From an uncultured Candidatus Saccharibacteria bacterium (GTDB lineage: Bacteria > Patescibacteriota > Minisyncoccia > Phycocordibacterales > UBA918), in the NCBI GenBank assembly GCA_964643955.1, contig CAZXUO010000004.1:3882-67881 (forward strand): a stretch of 64,000 nucleotides of DNA. Reading direction: 5' to 3'. The position numbers were made by a program, and so were the translations under genes. Below the pieces are notes generated by a model, which saw only the letters and a list, made by a program, of their open reading frames with translations, had not been told where the DNA came from and made no database searches. Positions 27,409-36,653 of the stretch are shown here, one piece after another; the stretch's first letter is position 1; the number at the start of each line of letters is the position of its first letter.

Positions 27409-29241
27409 CTAGCGCATGCGGCTGATGACCTCGGAAAGCATGGCGCTCGAGGTAGTGATAATCAGGGTTTCACGATCGAGAAACGCATACACAATACGCT
27501 CAGCACCGGTCTCGTCATAGAGGATGCGCGTGTCGATGTTGTTGAAGGTGTCATCGACGAAGAATGCCGAGCGCGACTGTCCGATGGTGCGGAGTGAAAC
27601 GTCGAGCGTATAGTCGACCGGCTCGCCGAAGAGCGGTGTCAGATCGGCGCTCATGTACTGCTCCCAGTCGAGCATGCCAGCAAACGCGGTATCGAATTGT
27701 TTTGTTTTAAAGATAAAGAATGGAACATTTCCCTGGAACGAACCGAACATCATTTGATCATCGAGGTTGCGGAGGAACGAGCTCGGTGCGCGCGGATCAA
27801 GGACAAACATAAATTCACTCGTTGAAACGGCGACGGTATTCCCTTCAGCAATCGGATAAATCTGTGTGACACCACTACCACCCTCGGCTATTGCGCCTGT
27901 GAGTGTATCGAGGAGTGTGGCACGGTTGGTCGAGAAGGCGACCGACTGTTGGCGATCGGTTGTGATAAAGGATGCAAGTCGCACGGTACCGTCGTCGTTG
28001 CGCACGACATCACTCGGTGTGTCTGATCCTGAGTACCAGAAGAATCCAAAGCCGCCGATCGCGATGATAAAAATCATGATAGCGCCAGCGATGACGAATG
28101 GACGTGGTGAGATGCCGCGCGCCTCGGCAGTCGGGCGTTGTGGCACGGGCGCTTGCGCGCGACGCGTTGCTTCGGCTGCTGCGATGTTTTGTACGGAAAG
28201 ATTATTTTCTTGGATGTTGGTGAGCGCGTCGGCGCGGTACGTGCGCACACCCTGCGTCTCTTGTTTTGCAAATTCTGGTTTCTCGAATGCGAGATCGCGT
28301 GACGGAGCTTTTGGTGCGATGTCGTCGGCGCGACCGTATGGAATCGGCTCAGCTTTCTTTTGTTGTGCGCGCTGGAATTTTACGTACGTACTTTCAACCG
28401 ATCCTTGTTGTGTTGTCGGTGCAACATCAGAGGTGAGATTTTTTGAAGTCGGTTCTTTTGCAAACGGATTGCTGAGTGGAATGTGCGGAAGTGCGGTGAG
28501 TGATCCGGCAGTGCGCACGACGGGACGCGCTTGTTTGATGACGGGTGTTTGCGGTTGTGACTGTGATTGGATGACGCTTCGAAGATCTGGTTTCGCGGGC
28601 TGGGTCACCGGTGCAGCAGGCTCTTCCGAAGACCAGCGCGGCGCGAGCTCTTCGGCGGTCGGTGTGCGCGTCGTGATATATTTTCGTCCCGTCGCGCGCT
28701 CAGTGTCGCTCGCAAATGTGCGGAGCTTTTCAACCACGACGCTTCGATCATCTTTCGGTGCAAGCGTACTTTCTTTTTTTGCTTCTCGGATAACATCTTT
28801 GCGAAGTGCTGATGGTGCGACCGTTGGCTTCGGATCTTTCTTTTCGGCAGCTTCGGCGAAGTCTTCCTTTTTTTCATTCACCCACGCGCTCAATGACTCA
28901 CCGAGCGCTTTGCCGAGTGACCACTGTTTGCGTTTGGTATCGCGCACAAACACTCCTTCGGGTGCGATTTTGTTTACCTCGCGCTTGATGTCGATGAATG
29001 CATCATTTTGTACAGGCGCTGCATTTATTTTTTCTGGTGCTGCAGGAATATTTGCTGGCGCAACCGGTGGAGTGATCGGTGCTTGTGGCGGTGGCGGTGG
29101 AGTTGTGGGACGCGGTGGTGGTACGACAATACGCGGCGCAGAAGGCGCGGGTGTGTCGCCGCGCGCTTGCGCGCGGCGAAGATCTTGTGCAAATGTTCGC
29201 ACATTTTGTGCGAGTTTCGTGTCCGACTGCGGAGTGTCCAT
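27409..29241 (-). CDS. Hypothetical membrane protein (Pro-rich N-terminal region, single TM, about 220-aa C-terminal domain)
   Basis: TM PFVIAGAIMIFIIAIGGFGFFWY; opposite-strand ORF is low-complexity. Confidence 0.4.
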   Translation of the reverse strand: MDTPQSDTKLAQNVRTFAQDLRRAQARGDTPAPSAPRIVVPPPRPTTPPPPPQAPITPPVAPANIPAAPEKINAAPVQNDAFIDIKREVNKIAPEGVFVRDTKRKQWSLGKALGESLSAWVNEKKEDFAEAAEKKDPKPTVAPSALRKDVIREAKKESTLAPKDDRSVVVEKLRTFASDTERATGRKYITTRTPTAEELAPRWSSEEPAAPVTQPAKPDLRSVIQSQSQPQTPVIKQARPVVRTAGSLTALPHIPLSNPFAKEPTSKNLTSDVAPTTQQGSVESTYVKFQRAQQKKAEPIPYGRADDIAPKAPSRDLAFEKPEFAKQETQGVRTYRADALTNIQENNLSVQNIAAAEATRRAQAPVPQRPTAEARGISPRPFVIAGAIMIFIIAIGGFGFFWYSGSDTPSDVVRNDDGTVRLASFITTDRQQSVAFSTNRATLLDTLTGAIAEGGSGVTQIYPIAEGNTVAVSTSEFMFVLDPRAPSSFLRNLDDQMMFGSFQGNVPFFIFKTKQFDTAFAGMLDWEQYMSADLTPLFGEPVDYTLDVSLRTIGQSRSAFFVDDTFNNIDTRILYDETGAERIVYAFLDRETLIITTSSAMLSEVISRMR

Positions 29242-29297
29242 TACGTTCTAGTATCGCATAGCGCGCGCTGCTTTTCGATGGACCGCTGTGCCGAAAT

Positions 29298-29337
29298 AAC
29301 AAAACCGCGCGGCCGTAGGCCGCGCGGTTTTGTTATT
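29298..29337. terminator. Rho-independent terminator
   Basis: aacaaaaccgcgcggcc-gta-ggccgcgcggttttgtt. Confidence 0.7.
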
Positions 29338-29921
29338 TATTCAGGCAACACTACTTGTATCTCCCCGTCCTCGTCGTCAGCTGCGGGACGACGACTTCGG
29401 CGTCCGGGCGCGACGCGCTTCCCAATCAAAAACTTCCGTGGTTCTTCATCCATGTCCATGAAGTCATCCGCAATCTCACGCAAGCGCGCCGACGATGAAC
29501 GTCCAAATGCGATGATCTCTACCTGACACCCGTCTGCTTTGATGTATTCGACGAGTGGTACGAAGTCACCGTCGCCGGTTGCGAGCACGACCACATCCAC
29601 TTTCTTCGCGTACTTTACCGCGTCGATCGCCATGCCGACATCCCAGTCAGCTTTCTTTGCGCCGCCAAAAAATATTTGGAGGTCTTTTGTCTTTGTTTCG
29701 ATACCGATTTTACCGAGCGCCTCAAAGAAGGCCTGCTCTTCCCCGCTTTCGGTCGTGACGACGTACGCGAGTGCGCGCACGAGCTTTCGATCGCCGAGTG
29801 CTTTCTTTAAGACTGCATCAAAATTGACCTTTGATCGATAGATATTCTTTGCGCTATGGTAAAGGTTCTGGGTATCGATAAATACCGCAACGCGCTGCTC
29901 CTTGTGTTTAATTGTACTCAT
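29337..29921 (-). CDS. NYN-domain (LabA-like PIN-related) protein
   Basis: VAVFIDTQNLY... and DVVVLATGDGDFVPLV motifs of NYN/COG1432. Confidence 0.7.
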   Translation of the reverse strand: MSTIKHKEQRVAVFIDTQNLYHSAKNIYRSKVNFDAVLKKALGDRKLVRALAYVVTTESGEEQAFFEALGKIGIETKTKDLQIFFGGAKKADWDVGMAIDAVKYAKKVDVVVLATGDGDFVPLVEYIKADGCQVEIIAFGRSSSARLREIADDFMDMDEEPRKFLIGKRVAPGRRSRRPAADDEDGEIQVVLPE

Positions 29922-30073
29922 GAAAATGCAACAAATGTATAAAAAATCCTACTGCGATAGCGCATGCCTACCTCTTTTATAAAAAATAAGAAGAAACGCG
30001 CTCCGTCTTCGAGTATAGCATGAGCCGCGCCTAGGCGCGGCTCATGAGAAAAGGCACGATGCCCCGTAGTGTC

Positions 30074-30340
30074 TTATTTCGTAAGACCAAGCTTCTTTGT
30101 GATGGTTGCGTACGCGCGCTTGTTGTTCTGCTCAAGATACTTGAGGTGCTTGCGACGATTTGAGACCATCTGAAGAAGACCGCGACGCGAGTGAATGTCC
30201 TTCTTGTGTGTTTTGAGGTGTGACGTGAGTGCGTCGATCTGCTTTGAGAGCAGTGCAACTTGCACTTCAGGAGACCCAGTGTCACCTTCGTGACGCTTTC
30301 CCTCGTTTATCGCGTTTTGTTTCTTTCGTTTTGTAAGCAT
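30074..30340 (-). CDS. rpsO: 30S ribosomal protein S15
   Basis: 88 aa, ...GSPEVQVALLSKQIDALTSHLKTHKKDIHSRRGLL... S15 signature. Confidence 0.9.
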   Translation of the reverse strand: MLTKRKKQNAINEGKRHEGDTGSPEVQVALLSKQIDALTSHLKTHKKDIHSRRGLLQMVSNRRKHLKYLEQNNKRAYATITKKLGLTK

Positions 30341-30475
30341 AAATAAAACTACGGTTAGTACGTGCTACTGCTAGACGTAGGTACACTATAACACACATTG
30401 ACAAATAATGCAAGTGTGCCGTAGTAGGAGGTCCTGTGAAGTCGATAATCTCCGCTTACGTGCGGTACAATATAT

Positions 30476-31438
30476 ATGAACGTATCTATGAATCTCTCCG
30501 ACCTCAAACGCGAATTCCTCGAGTATCTTGAGATTGAAAAGGGCCGCTCGCTCAAGACAATTACTAATTATGACCATTATCTGAGCCGTTTTTTGGAATA
30601 TGCGAAGGTAGAACGGCCAAAAGACCTTACTGAGCCCTTGATTCGGGAATTCCGTCTTTGGCTCAACCGACAACCTGGTACCAAGACCGGCCGTACCCAA
30701 GAAACCCTAAAGCGTCGTACCCAAAACTACTACCTCATTGCCCTTAGGGCGTTCCTCAAGTACCTGCGCAAACGCGGCATTGAATCCTTAAGTCCTGAGC
30801 GTATTGAGCTTGCAAAAGTCGGTGAACGTTCGCTCGACTTGATCACTGCAGCGGAGCTTGAGCGCCTCCTTTCTGCGCCGGATACCTCAGGAGAGCGCGG
30901 ACTGCGTGATCGAGCACTCCTTGAGCTCCTTTTCTCTACCGGCCTGCGTGTTTCCGAGCTCTGCGGGCTCTCTATCGATGATGTAGATCTCTCTCGGGAT
31001 GAGTTTTCAGTACGCGGCAAGGGAGACAAGGTGCGCGTCGTGTTTCTCTCTGACGTTGCAAAGGATTGTATTCGTGCGTACCTCAAGGTGCGCAAGGATA
31101 TGGATGACGCACTTTTTGTACAGTGCCGAGCAGATGACGCAAAAAACGAGAAGGAATTGAAAAAAGCTGCAAAGAAGCCACGAGAGCTGCGGCTCTCCCC
31201 TCGCGCAGTCCAGCGTATGGTGAAACACTATGCATCAAAGGCGGGTATCACCCGCAAAGTCACGCCGCACGTCATTCGTCACAGTTTCGCAACCGATCTC
31301 CTTTCAAATGGTGCGGATATTCGCTCAGTACAGACGCTTTTGGGGCATGCCAACATCGTGACGACGCAGATCTATACGCACGTGACCGACAAGCATCTCC
31401 GCGACGTCCATAAACGGTTCCATAGCAGGAAGCGCTAA
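30476..31438 (+). CDS. Tyrosine recombinase XerC/XerD family
   Basis: N-terminal SAM-like core-binding domain; catalytic HVIRHSFATDLL...LLGHANIVTTQIYTHV with tyrosine. Confidence 0.85.
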   Translation: MNVSMNLSDLKREFLEYLEIEKGRSLKTITNYDHYLSRFLEYAKVERPKDLTEPLIREFRLWLNRQPGTKTGRTQETLKRRTQNYYLIALRAFLKYLRKRGIESLSPERIELAKVGERSLDLITAAELERLLSAPDTSGERGLRDRALLELLFSTGLRVSELCGLSIDDVDLSRDEFSVRGKGDKVRVVFLSDVAKDCIRAYLKVRKDMDDALFVQCRADDAKNEKELKKAAKKPRELRLSPRAVQRMVKHYASKAGITRKVTPHVIRHSFATDLLSNGADIRSVQTLLGHANIVTTQIYTHVTDKHLRDVHKRFHSRKR

Positions 31439-31477
31439 AAATAAAAGTGGCCCCGAGCGATGCTCGGGGCCGAAGCG

Positions 31478-32287
31478 TCAGTGAACGGGCGTGTGCGTCG
31501 CCTCGTACGAGGGGAACCGCCCGGTCTTTTCGTTGATAAAGAACACAATCGACCACCGTGCGCAGTCTTCCCGTACCGGAGGTACATCGGCGTGGTGAAC
31601 GACATCGTGCCATGCAGGGATGATCGTGCCGTTTGTGTCCTCAAAGAGCAGTTGGCCCGGCATAAAGACGCAGGTGCCGTCCTCTTGCTCGACTTCATTG
31701 AGTGGGTGCTGGTTGCAGCACCCGATACGCAAGCCCCGAGAACTTTCTGCGAGCGCAAGAGTCCCCGGGCACTTGTCGTAGTGAGCCCGTGCAGAGAAAT
31801 CTTGCGCTTGCGGATCGTACGCGAGGAAGCGAAGCACCGCACTTGCGAGCCGCCCCTTCACTACCGTCTGTTCGACGATATTGCCGGGGAAATAGAGCTC
31901 GAGAAGATTGGCGCACACTTCGTCACCCGCATCGTAGATCTTTGCAGCATGCTCAAAGAAAGTGTGTGCCACTTGGTATTTGCGCCTGACCTCCTGATAC
32001 GCAGGCTGTTTTTCAAGAAGCGGACTCCAGTGGAACAACTGCTTTTTGTCGTGCCGCCTTGAGTCGCGTTTGTCCGTGTAACCGTCTGCCGTACCGTTCT
32101 CAAACGGCGACGGAAAGTGGAGCGAGCGCAACACGTCTGTTGGGAGCGTGAGAAAGTCGAGAAACGCACGTGCAGCTTCTCCGAGCCCTGCTTTGCTGAT
32201 GTTAAACGGCAGCCGTGCGTAGTTCTGCCTCGCGAGTTGTTCGTGAAACCCCATGATGTGCCTCCTCCCGAAACACGTAGGTGACAA
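31478..32287 (-). CDS. 2OG-Fe(II) oxygenase superfamily protein (putative)
   Basis: HYD...H facial triad candidates and RWSIVFF motif; hairpin plus T tract downstream on minus strand (31448-31472). Confidence 0.5.
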   Translation of the reverse strand: MSPTCFGRRHIMGFHEQLARQNYARLPFNISKAGLGEAARAFLDFLTLPTDVLRSLHFPSPFENGTADGYTDKRDSRRHDKKQLFHWSPLLEKQPAYQEVRRKYQVAHTFFEHAAKIYDAGDEVCANLLELYFPGNIVEQTVVKGRLASAVLRFLAYDPQAQDFSARAHYDKCPGTLALAESSRGLRIGCCNQHPLNEVEQEDGTCVFMPGQLLFEDTNGTIIPAWHDVVHHADVPPVREDCARWSIVFFINEKTGRFPSYEATHTPVH

Positions 32288-32337
32288 GTCTGCGCGTATG
32301 ATACAAGAACCGAAGACAATCGTGTACTATGTTTGAT

Positions 32338-33108
32338 ATGAAAATTGTGTCATGGAACGTCAATGGCCTTAGGGCTGTGCATCGCAATGGCTTTTGGGAG
32401 AAGTTTCTCGCGCTTAAGCCTGACATCTTCTGTCTGCAGGAAACCAAAGCACAGCCCGAGCAGCTCCCTGCAGATGTGCGTGAAACAAAGGGATATTTCG
32501 CACACTTCACGCATCCAGTAGTGAAAAAAGGCTATAGCGGCGTGGCACTGTACTCAAAGACAGAGCCTCTCTCGGTAGAGTATGGGCTCGGCGTACCTGA
32601 ATTTGATATGGAAGGACGACAGATCGCGGCTCATTATAAGGATTTTTCTGTCATAGTTTGCTACTTCCCCAATGGAGGCCAAGGTCCTGAGCGCCTTGCA
32701 TTCAAACTTGATTACTATGATGCGTTTCTCGCGTATGTTGAGAAGCTCCGCAAGAAACAGCCGAACATCATTTTTTGTGGGGATGTAAACACCGCACATG
32801 AAGCAATTGACCTCGCTCGCCCAAAAGAAAATGAAGACAATACCGGCTTCTTACCCGAAGAGCGTGCGTGGCTTGATGAAGTAGTGCGACTTGGATATGT
32901 CGATACGTTTCGTCACTTCTTTCCGACAACAGCCGGGGCGTATACCTACTGGGATCAGAAGACACGTGCGCGCGAGCGCAACGTCGGCTGGCGCATTGAT
33001 TATTTTTTTGTATCGCAAGAGATGTTGAAGAAAACAAAAAAAGCGGCTATACACAGCGATGTTTTTGGCTCAGATCACTGCCCTATCTCAATAGAAATAA
33101 GCGAGTAG
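32338..33108 (+). CDS. xth: Exodeoxyribonuclease III (AP endonuclease family)
   Basis: MKIVSWNVNGLRAV..., LQETK, GDVNTAHEAIDL, SDHCP motifs. Confidence 0.85.
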   Translation: MKIVSWNVNGLRAVHRNGFWEKFLALKPDIFCLQETKAQPEQLPADVRETKGYFAHFTHPVVKKGYSGVALYSKTEPLSVEYGLGVPEFDMEGRQIAAHYKDFSVIVCYFPNGGQGPERLAFKLDYYDAFLAYVEKLRKKQPNIIFCGDVNTAHEAIDLARPKENEDNTGFLPEERAWLDEVVRLGYVDTFRHFFPTTAGAYTYWDQKTRARERNVGWRIDYFFVSQEMLKKTKKAAIHSDVFGSDHCPISIEISE

Positions 33109-33115
33109 CGTGTGT

Positions 33116-33131
33116 GTCCTTTATAAAGGAC
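33116..33131 (+). terminator. Palindromic hairpin gtccttta|taaaggac after xth
   Basis: Perfect 16-nt palindrome followed by atttat. Confidence 0.45.
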
Positions 33132-33460
33132 ATTTATCCACACGTATGTCCTTTACCCTTCATCATAAAGGACATACTATACGTGAAGGCCATAAAGGCT
33201 AGGTGTTCGCACCGACTTGTTCTTTCCACAATTAAAAAGTAATACCTCCAAATTACTTTCGTTCTTATATCCCACCCACTTTGAGGACTACATTTTCACG
33301 CGTGAGCCGCCCTCTGATGCGGACCAGAGTCAGCATCTGAAGACGGCTCGCACGGACACATGTAGTACTCCAAAAGAGCAATACCTCTCGAGTCTTACAC
33401 TTTTGTAGACTCACTTGGGCACTTGCCCGCATTGCTCAGAAGGTTCTCCACCCCACTACA

Positions 33461-33520
33461 AAGCCCGAACGATCGGGTGCCGACTAGACTCGGCAATCGA
33501 TCGTTCGGGCTTTATTTTTT
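33461..33520 (+). terminator. Strong rho-independent terminator (14-bp stem + T8)
   Basis: agcccgaacgatcg...cgatcgttcgggct tttatttttt. Confidence 0.75.
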
Positions 33521-33554
33521 GTATAAAACTATAAAACGGCTCAAATGAGCCGTT

Positions 33555-35024
33555 TTATGCTACCCCGTGCTTCTTGTGAATGGCCTCAACAGCACTTTCT
33601 TCCTCCTTATCCTTCTTTTCTTTCCCCTGCTCACCGAGTGTGCGGAGTGTTTCTTCGGGAAGCTGCATGAGTTCTTGTGCGCGTCCTTCGAGGTACTCCG
33701 TAGTATTTTTTGTGGGATCTTCAAGGACTTCCTCGAGAAGTGCATGGAGGGTGTGACCGAGCTTTGGTCCGGGCTTTTCATTCGATATTTCCATGATGCG
33801 CTCCCCGTCTATCTTGAGCATCTTCACTGATATTGGGTCGCGGAGCGCTTCTTCAACCATTGCTTTGTACTTTCGGAAGCGGAATGGCTGTTCTTTAGGA
33901 CGTCCGGTGCCGATACGGTCGCAGATGCGGAGGTTGAGGAGATCAAAAATGTGCTCCTGCCCTACGTTTTGGATGGTGCGGCGTACCGCTGAGAGCGTCA
34001 CAGCGTCAGGATCAGAGAAAAACATGTGCCACCGTACAAGCTTGGTCACCAATTCGACCATATCGCGTGGAAACTTAAGGTCCGTAAGGGCTTTTCGAGC
34101 CACTTTTGCTCCAACAACCTCATGTCCATAGAAAGTCCAGTCATTTTTCTCAGGAGAATGACGGCGAGTTTCTGGTTTTGAAACATCATGAAAGAGTGCG
34201 GCAAGGCGAAGAAAGAGTGGCCAGCCTTTATCTGCTGCATGTTGGAGGGTGCGGAGGTTGTGCTCATATACCGTGTACGCATGCGCTTGGTTTTGGTCTA
34301 CGCCAATACCGCGCAAGAGGTCGGGAGCTATAAATGGAAGCATCCCGAGTTTCTCACAGAGGACAATCCCCTGCATTGGCCGCTCTGACTCGATGATGCG
34401 GATAAATTCATCACGGATACGCTCTTTAGAAATCCGCGCTAGGTTCTCGGCATTCTTCCCAATAGCATCGAGTGTTTCGGCGTCTATGATGAAGTCGAGC
34501 TCTACAGAGAGGCGTACAGCGCGCATCATACGGAGGGCGTCTTCTGCGAAACGTTCCGTTGCATTCCCTACTGCGCGGAGTCGCTTTCCCTTGATATCGT
34601 CCATTCCACCAAAGATATCGACAATCGTTTCACGTGAAATGCTGTACGCGATGGCGTTTACGGTAAAGTCGCGGCGCTTGAGATCTTCATCAAGTGAATC
34701 GCTAAAATCAACCCTATCAGGCCGGCGAGCGTCAGAATACGTTGATTCTACGCGGTATGGCGTCACTTCAATGACTTTGAGTCGCTCATCCTCCGTTTCA
34801 CTGACCACTCCAACGGTACCAAAGTCATTATTTTGAAATGTCTCAGGGAAAGCCGCTGCGATCTGCTCCGGTCGGGCATTTGTCGTAATGTCCCAGTCCT
34901 TTGGCGTGCGTCCTATGAGGAGATCGCGGACGCAACCACCCACGAGGTACGCTTCAAAACCCGCTTTTTCGAGCGTGTCGGCTACCGCTGCAACTTCTTT
35001 TGGTATGTCAGCGCGTACAATCAT
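33555..35024 (-). CDS. cca: CCA-adding tRNA nucleotidyltransferase with HD domain
   Basis: GGCVRDLLIGRTPKDWDITT polymerase-beta head motif; C-terminal HD motif (HD...H); downstream hairpin 33525-33550. Confidence 0.85.
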   Translation of the reverse strand: MIVRADIPKEVAAVADTLEKAGFEAYLVGGCVRDLLIGRTPKDWDITTNARPEQIAAAFPETFQNNDFGTVGVVSETEDERLKVIEVTPYRVESTYSDARRPDRVDFSDSLDEDLKRRDFTVNAIAYSISRETIVDIFGGMDDIKGKRLRAVGNATERFAEDALRMMRAVRLSVELDFIIDAETLDAIGKNAENLARISKERIRDEFIRIIESERPMQGIVLCEKLGMLPFIAPDLLRGIGVDQNQAHAYTVYEHNLRTLQHAADKGWPLFLRLAALFHDVSKPETRRHSPEKNDWTFYGHEVVGAKVARKALTDLKFPRDMVELVTKLVRWHMFFSDPDAVTLSAVRRTIQNVGQEHIFDLLNLRICDRIGTGRPKEQPFRFRKYKAMVEEALRDPISVKMLKIDGERIMEISNEKPGPKLGHTLHALLEEVLEDPTKNTTEYLEGRAQELMQLPEETLRTLGEQGKEKKDKEEESAVEAIHKKHGVA

Positions 35025-35047
35025 ATTCCCCTATTGTAGTACGTTTC

Positions 35048-35072
35048 TGGTGCACCCGGCAGGACTCGAATC
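35048..35072 (-). other. Duplicated 3' end of tRNA-Arg (T-arm 3' half + acceptor 3' strand + ACCA) in cca leader
   Basis: 25/26 nt identical to the 3' end of tRNA-Arg at 35190-35215; no matching 5' half. Confidence 0.6.
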
Positions 35073-35189
35073 TTACAGATTCTGTGCAGGTCGTCGCTCT
35101 CTTGTTTCACTTCGCTCGCAAAACAGCTGACAACCTCTTCTCGTCCTAAAAATCTAACACATCTCTACGGTGGACGTCACCATACATTG

Positions 35190-35261
35190 TGCACCCGGCA
35201 GGACTCGAACCCACAATAACTGATCCGAAGTCAGTTGTGATATCCATTTCACTACGGGTGC
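35190..35261 (-). tRNA. tRNA-Arg (anticodon TCG)
   Basis: Manual fold: acceptor GCACCCG/CGGGTGC, D stem GTGA/TCAC, anticodon stem ACTGA/TCAGT, loop CTTCGGA, T loop TTCGAGT. Confidence 0.8.
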
Positions 35262-35412
35262 AGCTGGATATCGATCATTATGATCGCATTGTCATGATAC
35301 GTATTCCTTTGGGAAAAAGCAAAAGATGTGCAAAAAGACAACCGTTTCCCCCACGTATTTCCCAATGGAAATATTATGTGCATATAGTATACTCATGGTG
35401 TTGCGAAGGTTT

Positions 35413-35483
35413 GCGGCCATGGTTAAGTGGTATAACACGTCCTTGCCAAGGACGATTCGGGAGTTCGATTCTCCCTGGCCGCA
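35413..35483 (+). tRNA. tRNA-Gly (anticodon GCC)
   Basis: Acceptor GCGGCCA/TGGCCGC, anticodon stem CGTCC/GGACG loop TTGCCAA, T arm GGGAG-TTCGATT-CTCCC. Confidence 0.85.
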
Positions 35484-35503
35484 CAAGGTAAGATGCACAA
35501 ATA

Positions 35504-35543
35504 ACAAGAAAGCCGCTCCATCCTGGGGCGGCTTTCTTGTTAG
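35504..35543 (+). terminator. Rho-independent terminator after tRNA-Gly
   Basis: aacaagaaagccgc-tccatcctgg-ggcggctttcttgtt. Confidence 0.6.
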
Positions 35544-35910
35544 CTAATAGGCTCGATAAGGTTCGGTGTCTCAGCTAGAGGTGACTTTCCTGCCCGCAAC
35601 GCTAGATAGGTCGTTCCACATGGAACGAAATCTCCCTTACCTCCCCTGCCAACTACCTCTATCGGACGTATAAAATGGCTTAATATAAGCTTTATATCGT
35701 ATTAGCCACAGGTATTGGACGCACAAAGTGGAAAAGTGGGGACAAATAAGGGGATATGTGTATAAAGGACCTAAAGACACCGCTGTCCTATTTATTATAC
35801 AGCTCAAAATAAGGATATTCTGTATATATTTATAAAAAAGTACCACGTGAAACATAGTTTCATATGGAACATCTGCCCGTCGGTCTTAGTGGCTGTATGG
35901 CATACTTAAA

Positions 35911-36309
35911 GTGAGTATGGAGGCGAAACACATACGCGTAGGGCAGTATGGAGAAACAGTGACCCTTAATCATCTCAAACGAAAGGGTTTCTCGCTCCTT
36001 GGTAGAAATTACCGAAAGAAGTGGGGAGAAATCGATCTGATACTGAATAAGGGAGGCACCGTTCACTTTGTAGAGGTTAAAACCGTTTCATATGGAACAA
36101 AGGGTAGGGGTGTTCCATATGAAACGTGGCTCCCTGAGGAGAATGTAGACCAGAGGAAGCTCGACAAGCTCCTACGGACTATATCTTCTTGGCTTGCGGA
36201 GCATAATTATGAAGGGGAGTGGCAGCTCGACGTCGCTTCTGTACGGGTTGACCTCGAACGGAGGCGTGGACGCATCAAGATACTCGAAAATATTGTATCG
36301 GACACATAA
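35911..36309 (+). CDS. yraN: YraN/UPF0102 family endonuclease-like protein
   Basis: ...GETVTLNHLKRKGFSLLGRNYRKKWGEIDLIL...HFVEVKT... conserved YraN core (GE.D, EVK). Confidence 0.75.
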   Translation: MSMEAKHIRVGQYGETVTLNHLKRKGFSLLGRNYRKKWGEIDLILNKGGTVHFVEVKTVSYGTKGRGVPYETWLPEENVDQRKLDKLLRTISSWLAEHNYEGEWQLDVASVRVDLERRRGRIKILENIVSDT

Positions 36310-36453
36310 AAGACACTAAATGTCCTTTAAATAGAGGGAAAATGGAGTGGCGCTTTGGACCAGTGCGTGATACCATCGCTCGTGTGTGAGGGATGGTGCA
36401 ATGTATTTTTGTAGGGAAGGGTACTTTCAAAAAATAACTGTATTTGGCCCAGT

Positions 36454-36524
36454 CGGGGCGTAGCATAATGGTAGTGTACGCGGTTTGGGACCGTGTGGCC
36501 CGAGTTCGATTCTCGGCGCCCCGA
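36454..36524 (+). tRNA. tRNA-Pro (anticodon TGG)
   Basis: Acceptor CGGGGCG/CGCCCCG, anticodon stem CGCGG/CCGTG loop TTTGGGA, T arm CCGAG-TTCGATT-CTCGG. Confidence 0.8.
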
Positions 36525-36653
36525 CTGGTTTTGCTACAGGGATTTTTTTGAAAAGTGAGGATTAGAGGGGTAGTTTGCTCAATGCTGCCAAGAGGGGAGG
36601 TTTCTCATGAAAGGAGTCGAGGTTTCGTGCGTCTCACTATATAATGGTTTCCA

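Noticed and set aside
27866-29251. 461-aa + strand ORF
   Set aside because: Ala/Ser/Gly/Arg-rich low-complexity translation antisense to the 610-aa membrane protein, which has a clean TM segment and folded-looking C-terminal domain.
30019-30046. Hairpin catgagccgcgcc-tag-gcgcggctcatg downstream of rpsO as a terminator
   Set aside because: No U tract on either strand; may be an RNase III or processing hairpin instead, so it was not listed as a terminator.
31460-32062. 200-aa + strand ORF overlapping the 2OG-Fe oxygenase-like gene
   Set aside because: The minus-strand frame carries HxD...H and RxS motifs and has a correctly placed downstream hairpin + T tract; the + frame has no motifs.
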